Below are positions 27,675-36,468 of a stretch of 64,000 nt of DNA, piece by piece (position 1 is the first letter of the stretch; each line of letters starts with the position of its first letter). The stretch is from the NCBI GenBank assembly GCA_019244185.1, contig JAFATB010000014.1, positions 384,001 to 448,000 of the forward strand, read 5' to 3'. The translations under genes were made by a program, and so were the position numbers. This DNA comes from Acidobacteriota bacterium. Lineage in GTDB: Bacteria; Acidobacteriota; Thermoanaerobaculia; Gp7-AA8. The notes beneath the pieces are model-generated. The model saw nothing but the letters and a program-made list of their open reading frames with translations. It was not told where the DNA came from and made no database searches.

Positions 27675-29123
27675 TCAGCGCTTGCGCAGCGCGTCGAGCC
27701 GCGACCGCGCCTGCGGATGATCGGGCGCGATCTTGAGCACGTCCTCGTAGCACGTCTGCGCGCGCGAGGCGAGGCCTTCCGCTTTGTAGAGATCGCCGAG
27801 GGAGATCATCGCGTCGACGAGATTCGGATCCGCCGACAGCGCGCGCTGGAAGCTCTCCGCCGCCTCCCGCCGCCAGCGCGGATTGCGTTCCTGACATGCG
27901 CCGAGGAGATGCCACGCCTCGGCGTGATCGGGGAGGAACTGGACGGCTTGTTTCAAAAGCACGATCGCGCCGTAGTAGTCGCCCTGCGCGCTGAGCTCCT
28001 TCGCTTTGGCGAAGTTATGCTCGGCGATGGAGCGCTGGTTCATGCGCTGCTGAATGGCGATCTCGCCGCCGCGCAACTCGCCCGTGCGCGTGGTGAGCAG
28101 CTTGTCGTATGCGCCGCGCCGCGCCGCGTCCTTGAGCACGTTCACCGCCTCGTCGACGCGGCGGTGGATGGTTTGGATCGCGTCGCGCACGATCGCCGGA
28201 TACGTCGCGGCGTCGTAGCGCTTGCGGAGCGCGTCGGCGGCGGCGACGAGCTGTTGCCGCGTCGCGGCGCGCGGCACGTCGAGCACCTGATAGTGATCGA
28301 GCGTCGACAGCCGGCGCGAGAATGCCACCGCGCGCAGCGAGCGCTGGTCCGACGAGCCGATCGCCGCGAGCAGCTCGAGATCGCGCTGCATGTCGTCCGC
28401 GCTCGCGGGCGGCTCGTCGCGCACCTGCTCTTCGACCGCGGTGAAGGTGCCGACCGCGAGCAGCGCCACGACGACTTTCGCCGCGACGAGCGAATGCGCG
28501 GAGAAGTGGCGCAGGAACGATTCGGTCGCCACCGGCTCGTGCAGCGCCGCCGCGATCGCGCGCTCCTGTTCGCCGAGCGGCAGCGCCTCGATCGGAAAAC
28601 GCGGATTGCGCGCGGGCTGGATCGGGCGTTTGAGATCGCCGAGCGAGCGCCGCAGCACGAGACCGTTCGTGATCGAGCGCACGCCGTCGACGATCAGCGC
28701 CGCCGTCGACTGCAGGAAGATCCGCTTCTCCGGCGGCAGCGCTTCCTCGTCCGTGAACGCGGACGTGCCTTCGTCCAGCGAGAAGAGCGGGAGGAACTGC
28801 GATGTCAGCCATTCGCGCAGCAGCGTCTGGCGCGCGGAGAGATCGAGCAAGCCCGACTCGTGCAGCCGCGCCACGACGTCGTTCGGATCGTCGCCGAAGA
28901 GTTGCAGCGCGCGATCGGCCGGTACCGCGCCGCGGCGCACGAGAAAATCGGCGAGCGAATCGTGCGGCTCCGCCGACGCCGCCATCACCAGCTCGCCCTG
29001 CGACCAGTACAGCACTTTGCGCATCGGCGGCTTGAGGATCGTCAGCGAGCCGGTCCTGCGTTGTTGCAGGACTTCTCCCACGATCACGGCAACCGGGGTG
29101 ATCTCGATCCGCTCCAGACTCAC
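27675..29123 (-). CDS. DUF4388-like plus degenerate J-domain plus TPR protein
   Basis: N-terminal RTG.L......K.LYW..G; DHYQVLDV...A...EA..VL.D...R.AYD J-like region lacking HPD; C-terminal TPRs. Confidence 0.75.
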   Translation of the reverse strand: MSLERIEITPVAVIVGEVLQQRRTGSLTILKPPMRKVLYWSQGELVMAASAEPHDSLADFLVRRGAVPADRALQLFGDDPNDVVARLHESGLLDLSARQTLLREWLTSQFLPLFSLDEGTSAFTDEEALPPEKRIFLQSTAALIVDGVRSITNGLVLRRSLGDLKRPIQPARNPRFPIEALPLGEQERAIAAALHEPVATESFLRHFSAHSLVAAKVVVALLAVGTFTAVEEQVRDEPPASADDMQRDLELLAAIGSSDQRSLRAVAFSRRLSTLDHYQVLDVPRAATRQQLVAAADALRKRYDAATYPAIVRDAIQTIHRRVDEAVNVLKDAARRGAYDKLLTTRTGELRGGEIAIQQRMNQRSIAEHNFAKAKELSAQGDYYGAIVLLKQAVQFLPDHAEAWHLLGACQERNPRWRREAAESFQRALSADPNLVDAMISLGDLYKAEGLASRAQTCYEDVLKIAPDHPQARSRLDALRKR

Positions 29124-29210
29124 GCGCGCACAGGCCTTTCACACGCTTTTAGCACATTCGACACCTGTTTATTGACGGTGCGTCCAATACTGGCGAGGCG
29201 CCGATGCGTT

Positions 29211-29225
29211 TGGCACGGTTGCGGC
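29211..29225 (+). promoter_or_regulatory. Candidate sigma-54 (-24/-12) promoter
   Basis: TGGCACGGTTGCGGC fits GG-N10-GC, about 50 nt before the TPR gene. Confidence 0.4.
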
Positions 29226-29276
29226 TCAAGAATGCGCGGGGCGCGCCCTGCTGTTCACTTCCGATCGAGTACTGAC

Positions 29277-31187
29277 ATGAAAATCCTGAAAGCTTCCTCG
29301 CTGGTCCTGCTCGCGGCGCTGCTCGTTCCCGCCGTGGCACGCGCCCAGGAGTTCCCCGCTGAACCGTACGAGTTCCTCCAGGCCAAGCTCGCCGCCGAGG
29401 AAGGGCACTTCGATGAGGCGCTCAAGATCCTCGACCGCATCATCGAGAAGAACGCCGCCGATCCCGTGCTGCGCTACGAGCGCGCAATGGTGCTCATCGA
29501 CGCCGGCAACGTCGCGCGCGCCGAGACCGAGCTTCGCGCCGTCGTGAAGACGAATCCCGATTTCTACGACGCGAACCGCGTCCTCGGCCGCCTGCTGCTC
29601 GACCGCTCGAACAACGACCGCACGAAAGTCGACGAGGCGCTCGGCTATCTGCAGGCCGCCTTCAAGGCGAACCCCGACGATCTGTCGACCGGACTCGCCG
29701 TCACGCAGATCCTCACCTCCGCCGGACGCAACGCCGACGCCGAGCGCGTGATGGCCACGATGCTCGAACGCGCGCCCGATCAGCGCGCGCTCAACTACAA
29801 CTACGCGCTCATCCTCACGAAGCTCGGACGCGGCAACGAGTCGCGCCAGTACCTCGAGCGCGCCCTCGCCGCCGATCCGACCTTCAGCCCCGCCATCCAG
29901 CAGCTGCTCGAGATCTATCAGCAGCAGAACGACTGGGGCAAAGCCGCCGAAACGCTGCAGCCGCTCATCGAGGAAGATCCGATGAACCTCGACCTGCAGC
30001 GGCAGCAGGCCGTCTTCTATCTGCGCGCCGGCGACGCCGAGAAGGCGCGCGACCGCTTCAAGACGCTCGCCGCCGCCGATCCGAAAGACACGCGCTCGCA
30101 GTACTACCTCGCCGAATCGCTCAACGATCTCGAGGAGTACGCGGAGAGCGAGAAGATCTTCCGCCAGCTCCTCGCCGCGACGCCGAACGACGCCGATCTT
30201 CTGGCGAGCTTCGGCCTCAGCCTCACCGGTCAGAAGAAGTGGGACGACGCGGCGAAGACGTTCAACGCGTTGCTCGCCGTGCAGGACGTCCCTGAGAATC
30301 TCGCCGCGCTCGCGCGCACGCAGCTCGCGTATATCGATCTGCAGAAGGGCAACTACGAGGCCGCGTACGCGACCGCGAAGGCCGTGCTGACGTTCGGCAA
30401 CAAGCCGAATCCGCAGGCGGTGAACATCGCCCTCGAAGCGCTGAAGAAACTGAACCGCGGGAACGACGCCGTGGCGCTGCTGCAGCCGCTCGCGACGACG
30501 TACGACAGCGATCCGTTCATCGCCGCGCGCACGATCGAGGCGCTCTCGCGCGCGAACCAGAAGCCGGTCGCGCAGCGTCTCGCGCTCACGCAGGTGAAGC
30601 TCGGCACGCGCAACGCCATCGCCGCGACCGAGGCGTACGTGCAGGCCGGCGACTCGACCGCGGCCATCGCGCTGATGAAGTACGCGACCGACGCGAAGCC
30701 CGACGATCTCGATCTCCTCTTCGAGCTCGGCTCGGTGTACGAGCGCGCCGGCGACCGCAAGTCCGCCGAGGCGACGTTCCTCGAGGTGCTGAAGAAGAAT
30801 CCGGAGCACGCGCCGACACTCAACTACCTCGGATACATGTGGGCCGAGAGCGGCGTCAATCTCGACCGCGCGCACGACATGCTCAGCCGCGCCGTCACCC
30901 AGGAGCCGAACAACGGCGCGTACGTCGATTCGCTCGGTTGGGTCTACTTCCGTCTCGGACAGCTCGATCTCGCCGAGAAGTATCTGACCGACGCCGCCAA
31001 GCTGCTGCCGCGCGACGCCACCGTGCACGAGCACCTCGGCGACGTGCTCGCCAAGCGCGGCGACGCCGAGCGCGCGCTGCAGCTCTACCGCACCGCGATC
31101 ACGCTCGATCCCGACGCGAAGGAAGTGGAGAAGATCCGCTCCAAGATCGCGGAGCTCGAGCACCGCAACCAAACGTCGCAGCGATGA
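29277..31187 (+). CDS. Secreted multi-TPR protein
   Basis: Signal peptide; many TPRs; LNYLGY...DSLGWVY...HLGD C-terminal motif typical of the TPR gene upstream of lolB-ispE. Confidence 0.88.
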   Translation: MKILKASSLVLLAALLVPAVARAQEFPAEPYEFLQAKLAAEEGHFDEALKILDRIIEKNAADPVLRYERAMVLIDAGNVARAETELRAVVKTNPDFYDANRVLGRLLLDRSNNDRTKVDEALGYLQAAFKANPDDLSTGLAVTQILTSAGRNADAERVMATMLERAPDQRALNYNYALILTKLGRGNESRQYLERALAADPTFSPAIQQLLEIYQQQNDWGKAAETLQPLIEEDPMNLDLQRQQAVFYLRAGDAEKARDRFKTLAAADPKDTRSQYYLAESLNDLEEYAESEKIFRQLLAATPNDADLLASFGLSLTGQKKWDDAAKTFNALLAVQDVPENLAALARTQLAYIDLQKGNYEAAYATAKAVLTFGNKPNPQAVNIALEALKKLNRGNDAVALLQPLATTYDSDPFIAARTIEALSRANQKPVAQRLALTQVKLGTRNAIAATEAYVQAGDSTAAIALMKYATDAKPDDLDLLFELGSVYERAGDRKSAEATFLEVLKKNPEHAPTLNYLGYMWAESGVNLDRAHDMLSRAVTQEPNNGAYVDSLGWVYFRLGQLDLAEKYLTDAAKLLPRDATVHEHLGDVLAKRGDAERALQLYRTAITLDPDAKEVEKIRSKIAELEHRNQTSQR

Positions 31188-31771
31188 GCCTTCGGCGTTC
31201 GCTTCGTTTCCTCGCGGCCGCGCTGTTTGCGGCCGCGATCGTTTCGTGCAAGAGCACGCATCCGAGCGGCACGCCCGTCGCGACGATCCCGTCGTCGACG
31301 CCGGAGCAGACCGCGCAGCAGCTCCGCGCGTTGCGCGCGAGCTTCCACGGCATGAAGAGCCTCATGCACGTGCGCGCGACGACCGGCGGCAAGACGCAGT
31401 CGTTCCGCGCGCAGCTCATCGTGCACGACGCGCGGCGCATGGAGCTCATCGCGTACACGCCCGTCGGCACGACCGCGCTGACGATGAAGGCGGACGGCGA
31501 TGCGATCACGACCGATCCCGCCGTCGCGCCGGAGTCGTTCGCGTTTCTCCGCGCCGCCGGACTCACGCCCGCCGAGACCGGCATGCTGCTCCTCGGCATC
31601 CCGCCGCGCGACGACGTCCGCGTGACCTACGGCGCCGGCGGGCTTTCCTCGGCGAATGCCGGCGAGATCGCGGTGACGTTCGAGCCGCCGGCGTTCCCCG
31701 CGAAGCGCATCGTGATCGCGCGCGGCGACGACCGCATCGAGCTCGAGCACCTCGAGGTCGTGTCGGAGTGA
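31184..31771 (+). CDS. Outer-membrane lipoprotein, LolB-like candidate
   Basis: Lipobox IVS-C; beta-rich; R.EL..YTP.G motif; lies between the TPR gene and ispE. Confidence 0.6.
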   Translation: MSLRRSLRFLAAALFAAAIVSCKSTHPSGTPVATIPSSTPEQTAQQLRALRASFHGMKSLMHVRATTGGKTQSFRAQLIVHDARRMELIAYTPVGTTALTMKADGDAITTDPAVAPESFAFLRAAGLTPAETGMLLLGIPPRDDVRVTYGAGGLSSANAGEIAVTFEPPAFPAKRIVIARGDDRIELEHLEVVSE

Positions 31772-32583
31772 TGCAGGTCGAGGCGTACGCGAAGATCAAC
31801 TGGTCGCTGCGCATCACCGGCAAACGCGCGGACGGGTTTCACGATCTCGAGACGCTCTTTCAAACGATCTCGCTGCACGACACGCTGACCTTTCGCGAAT
31901 CGGATTGCCTCACGCTGACATGCGACGACCCATCGATTCCGACCGACGAGACGAACCTCGTGCTCCGCGCCGCGCGCGCGCTCGGCGCGCCGCCCGTCGC
32001 GATCGAGTTGCAAAAGCGGATTCCCGCGGGCGGCGGCCTGGGCGGCGGCTCGTCGAATGCGGCGGCGACGCTGGTGACGCTCTCGCGCATGTTCGGCATC
32101 GATGCGGATCTTGAATCGCTCGCGCTGTCGCTCGGCTCCGACGTCCCGTTCTTCCTCGTCGGCGGCACCGCGTACGCGACCGGCCGGGGCGAAGTGCTCA
32201 CGCCCGTCGCGCCGCTCGCGGACACGCCGCTGCCGCTCTTGTTGCTGCTCCCCGACGAGCGCGTTCTCACCCGCGACGCGTTCGCCCGCATCACGCGCTA
32301 CTCCGAGCCGATCGGCCGCGACGACCACGCGAGCTTCGCCGACTTCACGAACGACTTCGAAGAGCCCGTCTTCGCCCTGCTCCCGCGCCTGCGCGCGTTG
32401 AAGACGCGGCTGCTCGACGCGGGTGCGACGTGGGCGCAGATGAGCGGCTCGGGTTCGACGATGGTGGGCGCGTTTGCGGACGCGAACGCGCGTGATGAGG
32501 CGGCGGCGCGGTTCGACGATGTGCGCGCGGTGCGTGCGGAGACGGTGGATGCGCGCGGCGTTCTCCCCGCATCTCCGCGTTGA
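31771..32583 (+). CDS. ispE: 4-diphosphocytidyl-2-C-methyl-D-erythritol kinase
   Basis: AKINW.L, DGFH.L.T.FQ, KRIP.GGGLGGGSSNAA, LGSDVPFF, GRGE, ND.E, MSGSGS. Confidence 0.95.
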   Translation: MQVEAYAKINWSLRITGKRADGFHDLETLFQTISLHDTLTFRESDCLTLTCDDPSIPTDETNLVLRAARALGAPPVAIELQKRIPAGGGLGGGSSNAAATLVTLSRMFGIDADLESLALSLGSDVPFFLVGGTAYATGRGEVLTPVAPLADTPLPLLLLLPDERVLTRDAFARITRYSEPIGRDDHASFADFTNDFEEPVFALLPRLRALKTRLLDAGATWAQMSGSGSTMVGAFADANARDEAAARFDDVRAVRAETVDARGVLPASPR

Positions 32584-32586
32584 CCG

Positions 32587-33282
32587 TCACCCGCGTGAAC
32601 GCCGCACCCGTGTCGCCGTCGCGGCCCGCTTTCCCTTCGCCGGCGCCGCCGCCCGCTTCGTCGCCGCCGCCTTCTTCGCGCCGCGCCCAGTCTTCACCGC
32701 CCGCAAACGTTCCAGCCGCTCCTTCACCGCCTTCTCCGCGCGGTCGAGTGCCTTCGTGTCGTTGCGGAGGTAGTACGCGAAGTTCGCTCCGAAGAAGAGC
32801 GAGTTGAGCTCGAAGGCGAGTTGCGCGGGGTCGGTGCGGCGGTCGATGTGACCCTCGTCCTGCGCCATGCGCACGGCTTTCTCCAGCGCGCCGATCCAGT
32901 CGTCCATGAGGCGCCGCACGCGGTCGCGCACGGGGCCGGGGCGGCCGTCCACCTCGAACGACGCCGCGGCGAAGAAGCAGCCGCCGGGGAAGACGCCGCG
33001 GCGGAGGTAGGAGAGCCAGCCCTGACAGATGGCCAGCAGGCGGGGAAAGCCGCGCGGCTCCGCGAGCGCGGGCGCGAAGATCTCGTGGATGTAGCGCTGC
33101 GACGCCGCCTCGATCGTGGCCAGCTGCAGCTCTTCCTTCGAGCCGAAGTGCGCGAAGAGGCCGCTCTTCGACATCTCCAGCTCGTCGGCGAGACGGCCGA
33201 TGGTCAGCCCTTCAAGGCCTTCGAGCGACGCGAGGTCGACGGCGCGCTCGAGGATGCTCTGCCGCGTGCGGACGCCTTTCAT
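32587..33282 (-). CDS. TetR/AcrR family regulator with Lys/Ala-rich tail
   Basis: G...LTIG.LA..L.MSKSGLFAHFGSKE, FPGGCFF; ATGA-coupled to the upstream gene. Confidence 0.92.
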   Translation of the reverse strand: MKGVRTRQSILERAVDLASLEGLEGLTIGRLADELEMSKSGLFAHFGSKEELQLATIEAASQRYIHEIFAPALAEPRGFPRLLAICQGWLSYLRRGVFPGGCFFAAASFEVDGRPGPVRDRVRRLMDDWIGALEKAVRMAQDEGHIDRRTDPAQLAFELNSLFFGANFAYYLRNDTKALDRAEKAVKERLERLRAVKTGRGAKKAAATKRAAAPAKGKRAATATRVRRSRG

Positions 33283-33689
33283 GCGTAGGCCGGCAGATCC
33301 TTGAGCAGCGCCGCGTGCGCGCGGCGGAACGCGCTGTCCCACGCGGCGGGGGAGTGCGAGGCCGGGTCGAGGTTGACCACGCACCGCTCGCCGCGCGCGT
33401 ACGGCGTGCGCCCGTCGTCGCTCGAGCAGAGAAAGCCGTACGTGCAGGTGTAGTCGCCCAACTCGTCGACCCACAGCTCGATGCGCAGCCGCTCGGCGGC
33501 GAAGACCGGATTGAGCGGTTCGAGCGTGACGCTGCCGCCTTCCGGCGCCCGTCCGTCGAGGGCGATGATGGCGTGATCGACGTGCTCGGCCAGCTGCCCC
33601 GCCTCGAGCAGCGCGTCACGAACCGGGGAGAAGAAGACGAATTTCGGATTGAGGTCGTCGATGGGGTGGCGGTCGTCGGCGAAGGTCAT
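33279..33689 (-). CDS. Hypothetical protein, degenerate 4HBT-like hotdog thioesterase fold
   Basis: GGAGG SD; P......I.LWV..LG...CTYGF......YARG.R.VV.LD....P..W...FR resembles the C-terminal half of 4HBT-type thioesterases. Confidence 0.55.
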   Translation of the reverse strand: MTFADDRHPIDDLNPKFVFFSPVRDALLEAGQLAEHVDHAIIALDGRAPEGGSVTLEPLNPVFAAERLRIELWVDELGDYTCTYGFLCSSDDGRTPYARGERCVVNLDPASHSPAAWDSAFRRAHAALLKDLPAYA

Positions 33690-33724
33690 GAACGTGCCTC
33701 CTTCAAGTCGTGGCGAAAAATAGC

Positions 33725-33736
33725 ACGAACGTTCGT
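33725..33736. promoter_or_regulatory. Palindromic operator, likely bound by the TetR protein
   Basis: Perfect palindrome ACGAACGTTCGT between minus-strand TTGCAC (-35) and TATTTT (-10). Confidence 0.65.
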
Positions 33737-33769
33737 TTTCGTGCAAGCGGCCTATACTTTTTTCCTCCC

Positions 33770-34855
33770 ATGCGCCGCGCCCTCGTCCCGTTTCTCCTTG
33801 TCTTCTCGCTCGTTTCCGCGCCGCTCGCCGCACGCCAGCACGCCGTCCGCGCCTCCGCGCCGCTGGCCGTCCCCGGCATCGACGCCATCGCCCAGCACGC
33901 GCTCGACCAGGGCATCCCCGGCGTCATCATCAGCGTGAAGAAACGGAACGCGTACTTTCACAAGGCGTGGGGCTTCAGCGACACGGACGCGCACGTCGCC
34001 CGCCGCGACGACGACGTCTTCCAGGTCGGCTCCGTCACCAAACAGTTCACCGCGGCCGCGATCCTCCGCCTTGAGGAAGCGGGGAAGCTGCACGTCTTCG
34101 ATCGCATCCGCACCTGGCTCCCCGAGCTCGACGCGCGCTTCGACGCGATCACCATCGAGCAACTCCTCACGCACACTGCCGGCCTCGGCGACTACCTCGC
34201 CGACCTCGGCACGGATCTCTTCGCCACGAAGTCGGAGCGGGAGATCCTCGCGCTCATCGCCTCGAAGAACCTCCTCTTCGCCCCCGGCTCGCACTGGTCG
34301 TACAGCAACAGCGGCTACTACCTCCTCGGCGTGATCGTCGAGCGCGCCGCGAACGAGCCATACGACCAGTTCCTCCGCGACACGTTCTTCACGCCGCTCG
34401 GCCTCGACCGCACGAGCTACTGCGGCACGAACGGTCCGGTGCCGTCCGGCTACTACCTCGACGTGCCGAGCGGCGCAACGGTGCCGATGCCGAACCTCGA
34501 TGTCTCGATCCTCTACTCCGCCGGCGGCATCTGCTCGACCGCGAACGATCTCCTGCGCTGGAATCACGCGCTCGTGTCCGGAGCCGCGATCTCGACGGCG
34601 TCGTACGCGCGCATGACCACCGGCGTGCGGCCGACCGAGGAGCGCCCGCCCGGCTATGGATACGCGCTGGTCATCGACCGGCTCGACGGCCGCCGCTGGA
34701 TCTGGCACAACGGCATCGTCTTCGGCTTCCAGACGCACCTCGCCTGGTTCCCGGACGAGGACCTCACCATCGCCGTCTCGATCGACGTCGACGCGGTGCC
34801 GAGCGAGCTCGCCACACCGATCGCGATCGACGTCGCGCGGGCGATGGCGCCGTGA
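33770..34855 (+). CDS. Secreted serine hydrolase (beta-lactamase / CubicO-like)
   Basis: F.VGSVTKQFT (SxxK), LLTHT.G, YSN (YxN), HNG. Confidence 0.9.
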   Translation: MRRALVPFLLVFSLVSAPLAARQHAVRASAPLAVPGIDAIAQHALDQGIPGVIISVKKRNAYFHKAWGFSDTDAHVARRDDDVFQVGSVTKQFTAAAILRLEEAGKLHVFDRIRTWLPELDARFDAITIEQLLTHTAGLGDYLADLGTDLFATKSEREILALIASKNLLFAPGSHWSYSNSGYYLLGVIVERAANEPYDQFLRDTFFTPLGLDRTSYCGTNGPVPSGYYLDVPSGATVPMPNLDVSILYSAGGICSTANDLLRWNHALVSGAAISTASYARMTTGVRPTEERPPGYGYALVIDRLDGRRWIWHNGIVFGFQTHLAWFPDEDLTIAVSIDVDAVPSELATPIAIDVARAMAP

Positions 34856-35439
34856 TGCGCGACGACGCGTTCTACGCGCTGGTGACGCGCCGCGACGGCC
34901 ACTTCGCGCTCGAGTCGGGACATCACGCGGCGCTCTGGCTCGATCTCGACGCGCTGTTCGCGCGGCCGGACGCCATCTCGCCGTTCGTCGCGCGACTCGC
35001 GGAGCAGCTCGCGCCGTACGCGCCCGACGTGATCTGTGGCCCGCTCACCGGCGGCGCGTTCCTCGCGCAGGCGCTGGCGACGTCGATGCACGCGACCTTC
35101 GCCTTCACCGAGCGCGTGCCCGCGTCCGACGGCTCCGCGCTTTACGCCACGCGCTACCAACTCCCGCGCGCCTACGCGGAGCATGTGCGCGGCAAGCGCG
35201 CGGTCATCGTCGACGACGTGATGTCCGCCGGCTCCTCGCTCGGCGCCACGCACGACGAGCTCGCGACGCTCGGGGCCGATGTCGTCGCCGCGGCGGCGCT
35301 GCTCGTCCTCGGTAGTCAAGGTCTTGACCGTTTCGCCGCGCGCCGCATCCCGGTCGAGGCGGTGCTCCGTGAGCCATACGAGTTGTGGCCGCCGAACGCG
35401 TGCCCGCTTTGCGCGCAAGGCGTCGAGCGCACGCGCTGA
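34852..35439 (+). CDS. pyrE: Orotate phosphoribosyltransferase-like protein
   Basis: GHF.LESG.H, GP..GG, IVDDV.SAGSS PRPP motif, CPLC tail. Confidence 0.75.
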   Translation: MMRDDAFYALVTRRDGHFALESGHHAALWLDLDALFARPDAISPFVARLAEQLAPYAPDVICGPLTGGAFLAQALATSMHATFAFTERVPASDGSALYATRYQLPRAYAEHVRGKRAVIVDDVMSAGSSLGATHDELATLGADVVAAAALLVLGSQGLDRFAARRIPVEAVLREPYELWPPNACPLCAQGVERTR

Positions 35440-35448
35440 GCGTCCGAC

Positions 35449-36468
35449 TCAGTTATCGCCCTCGCCATAGATCTCAACGTGGGGAACCCCATCCGCGCCG
35501 ATCCACCCGCGGTACATCCCCTCGGTGTTGAACGTCATCGCGAAATTGCCGCGGGCGTCGAGCACGATCACGCCGCCGTCGCCATCGACCGCTTTCAACT
35601 TGCGGTTGATCACCTCGTTCGCCGCGTCCTTCACCGACAGTCCTTTGTACTTCACCAGCGCCGCGATGTCGTGCGCGACCGTCCAGCGGATGAAGAACTC
35701 GCCGGTGCCGGTGGCCGACACCGCGCACGACTCGTTCTCCGCGTACGTGCCGGCGCCGATGATCGGCGAGTCGCCGACGCGGCCCCAGCGCTTGTTCGAC
35801 GTCCCGCCGGTCGACGTGCCCGCGGCGAGGTTGCCGTCGCGGTCGAGTGCCACCGCGCCGACGGTGCCGAACTTCTTGTCCGCCGGCACCGCGTACTCCG
35901 ACACCGGCTTGCCCTTCTTCTCAGCGGCCAGCTCGTCCTGCAGTTCCTTCCAGCGCCGCTCCGTCCAGAAGTACTTCGGATCGACGATCGTGAGGCCCGC
36001 GCTCTTCGCGAACGCCTCCGCGCCGCGGCCGATCAGCATCACGTGCTTGGTCTTCTCCATCACCGCACGCGCGGCGCTGATCGGATTTTTGATCGTCGTG
36101 ACGGCGGCCACCGCGCCCGCCCGCTTCGTCTTTCCCTCCATGATGGAGGCATCCAGCTCGTTCTTTCCTTCGTGCGTGAACACGGCGCCTTTGCCCGCGT
36201 TGAACAGCGGCGAGTCTTCCATGACGCGAATGGTCGCCTCGACCGCATCGAGGCTCGTGCCGCCCTTCGCGAGCACCGCGTGTCCGGTGCGCAGCGCCTC
36301 CGCGAGCGCGTCGCGGTACTGCTTCTCGACCTCGGCGGTCATGTTCTTTTTGAGGATCGTTCCCGCGCCGCCGTGGATGACGAGCATCGTGGTTCCTTTC
36401 GGCTGGTCTGCGGCGGCGAGGCTCGCGAACACGAATGTTGCAAGGAGAAAGGCCAGTCGCTTGAACAT
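35449..36468 (-). CDS. iaaA: Secreted isoaspartyl peptidase / L-asparaginase (Ntn hydrolase)
   Basis: IHGGAG, FNAG.G, ELDASIM, GTVGAVA.D, TSTGG, GRVGDSP.IGAG.YA, SATG.GE. Confidence 0.93.
   Translation of the reverse strand: MFKRLAFLLATFVFASLAAADQPKGTTMLVIHGGAGTILKKNMTAEVEKQYRDALAEALRTGHAVLAKGGTSLDAVEATIRVMEDSPLFNAGKGAVFTHEGKNELDASIMEGKTKRAGAVAAVTTIKNPISAARAVMEKTKHVMLIGRGAEAFAKSAGLTIVDPKYFWTERRWKELQDELAAEKKGKPVSEYAVPADKKFGTVGAVALDRDGNLAAGTSTGGTSNKRWGRVGDSPIIGAGTYAENESCAVSATGTGEFFIRWTVAHDIAALVKYKGLSVKDAANEVINRKLKAVDGDGGVIVLDARGNFAMTFNTEGMYRGWIGADGVPHVEIYGEGDN

Noticed and set aside
27717-29276. N-terminal extension giving a 1156-aa ORF
   Set aside because: Antisense shadow of the J-like gene; the signal peptide begins at 29277
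33770-34855. Serine hydrolase as an antibiotic-resistance gene
   Set aside because: Motifs fit the broad peptidase/esterase family; nothing specific to class C beta-lactamases
35525-36466. N-terminal extension giving a 1210-aa ORF
   Set aside because: Codon-aligned antisense of the asparaginase gene; the signal peptide starts at 36467
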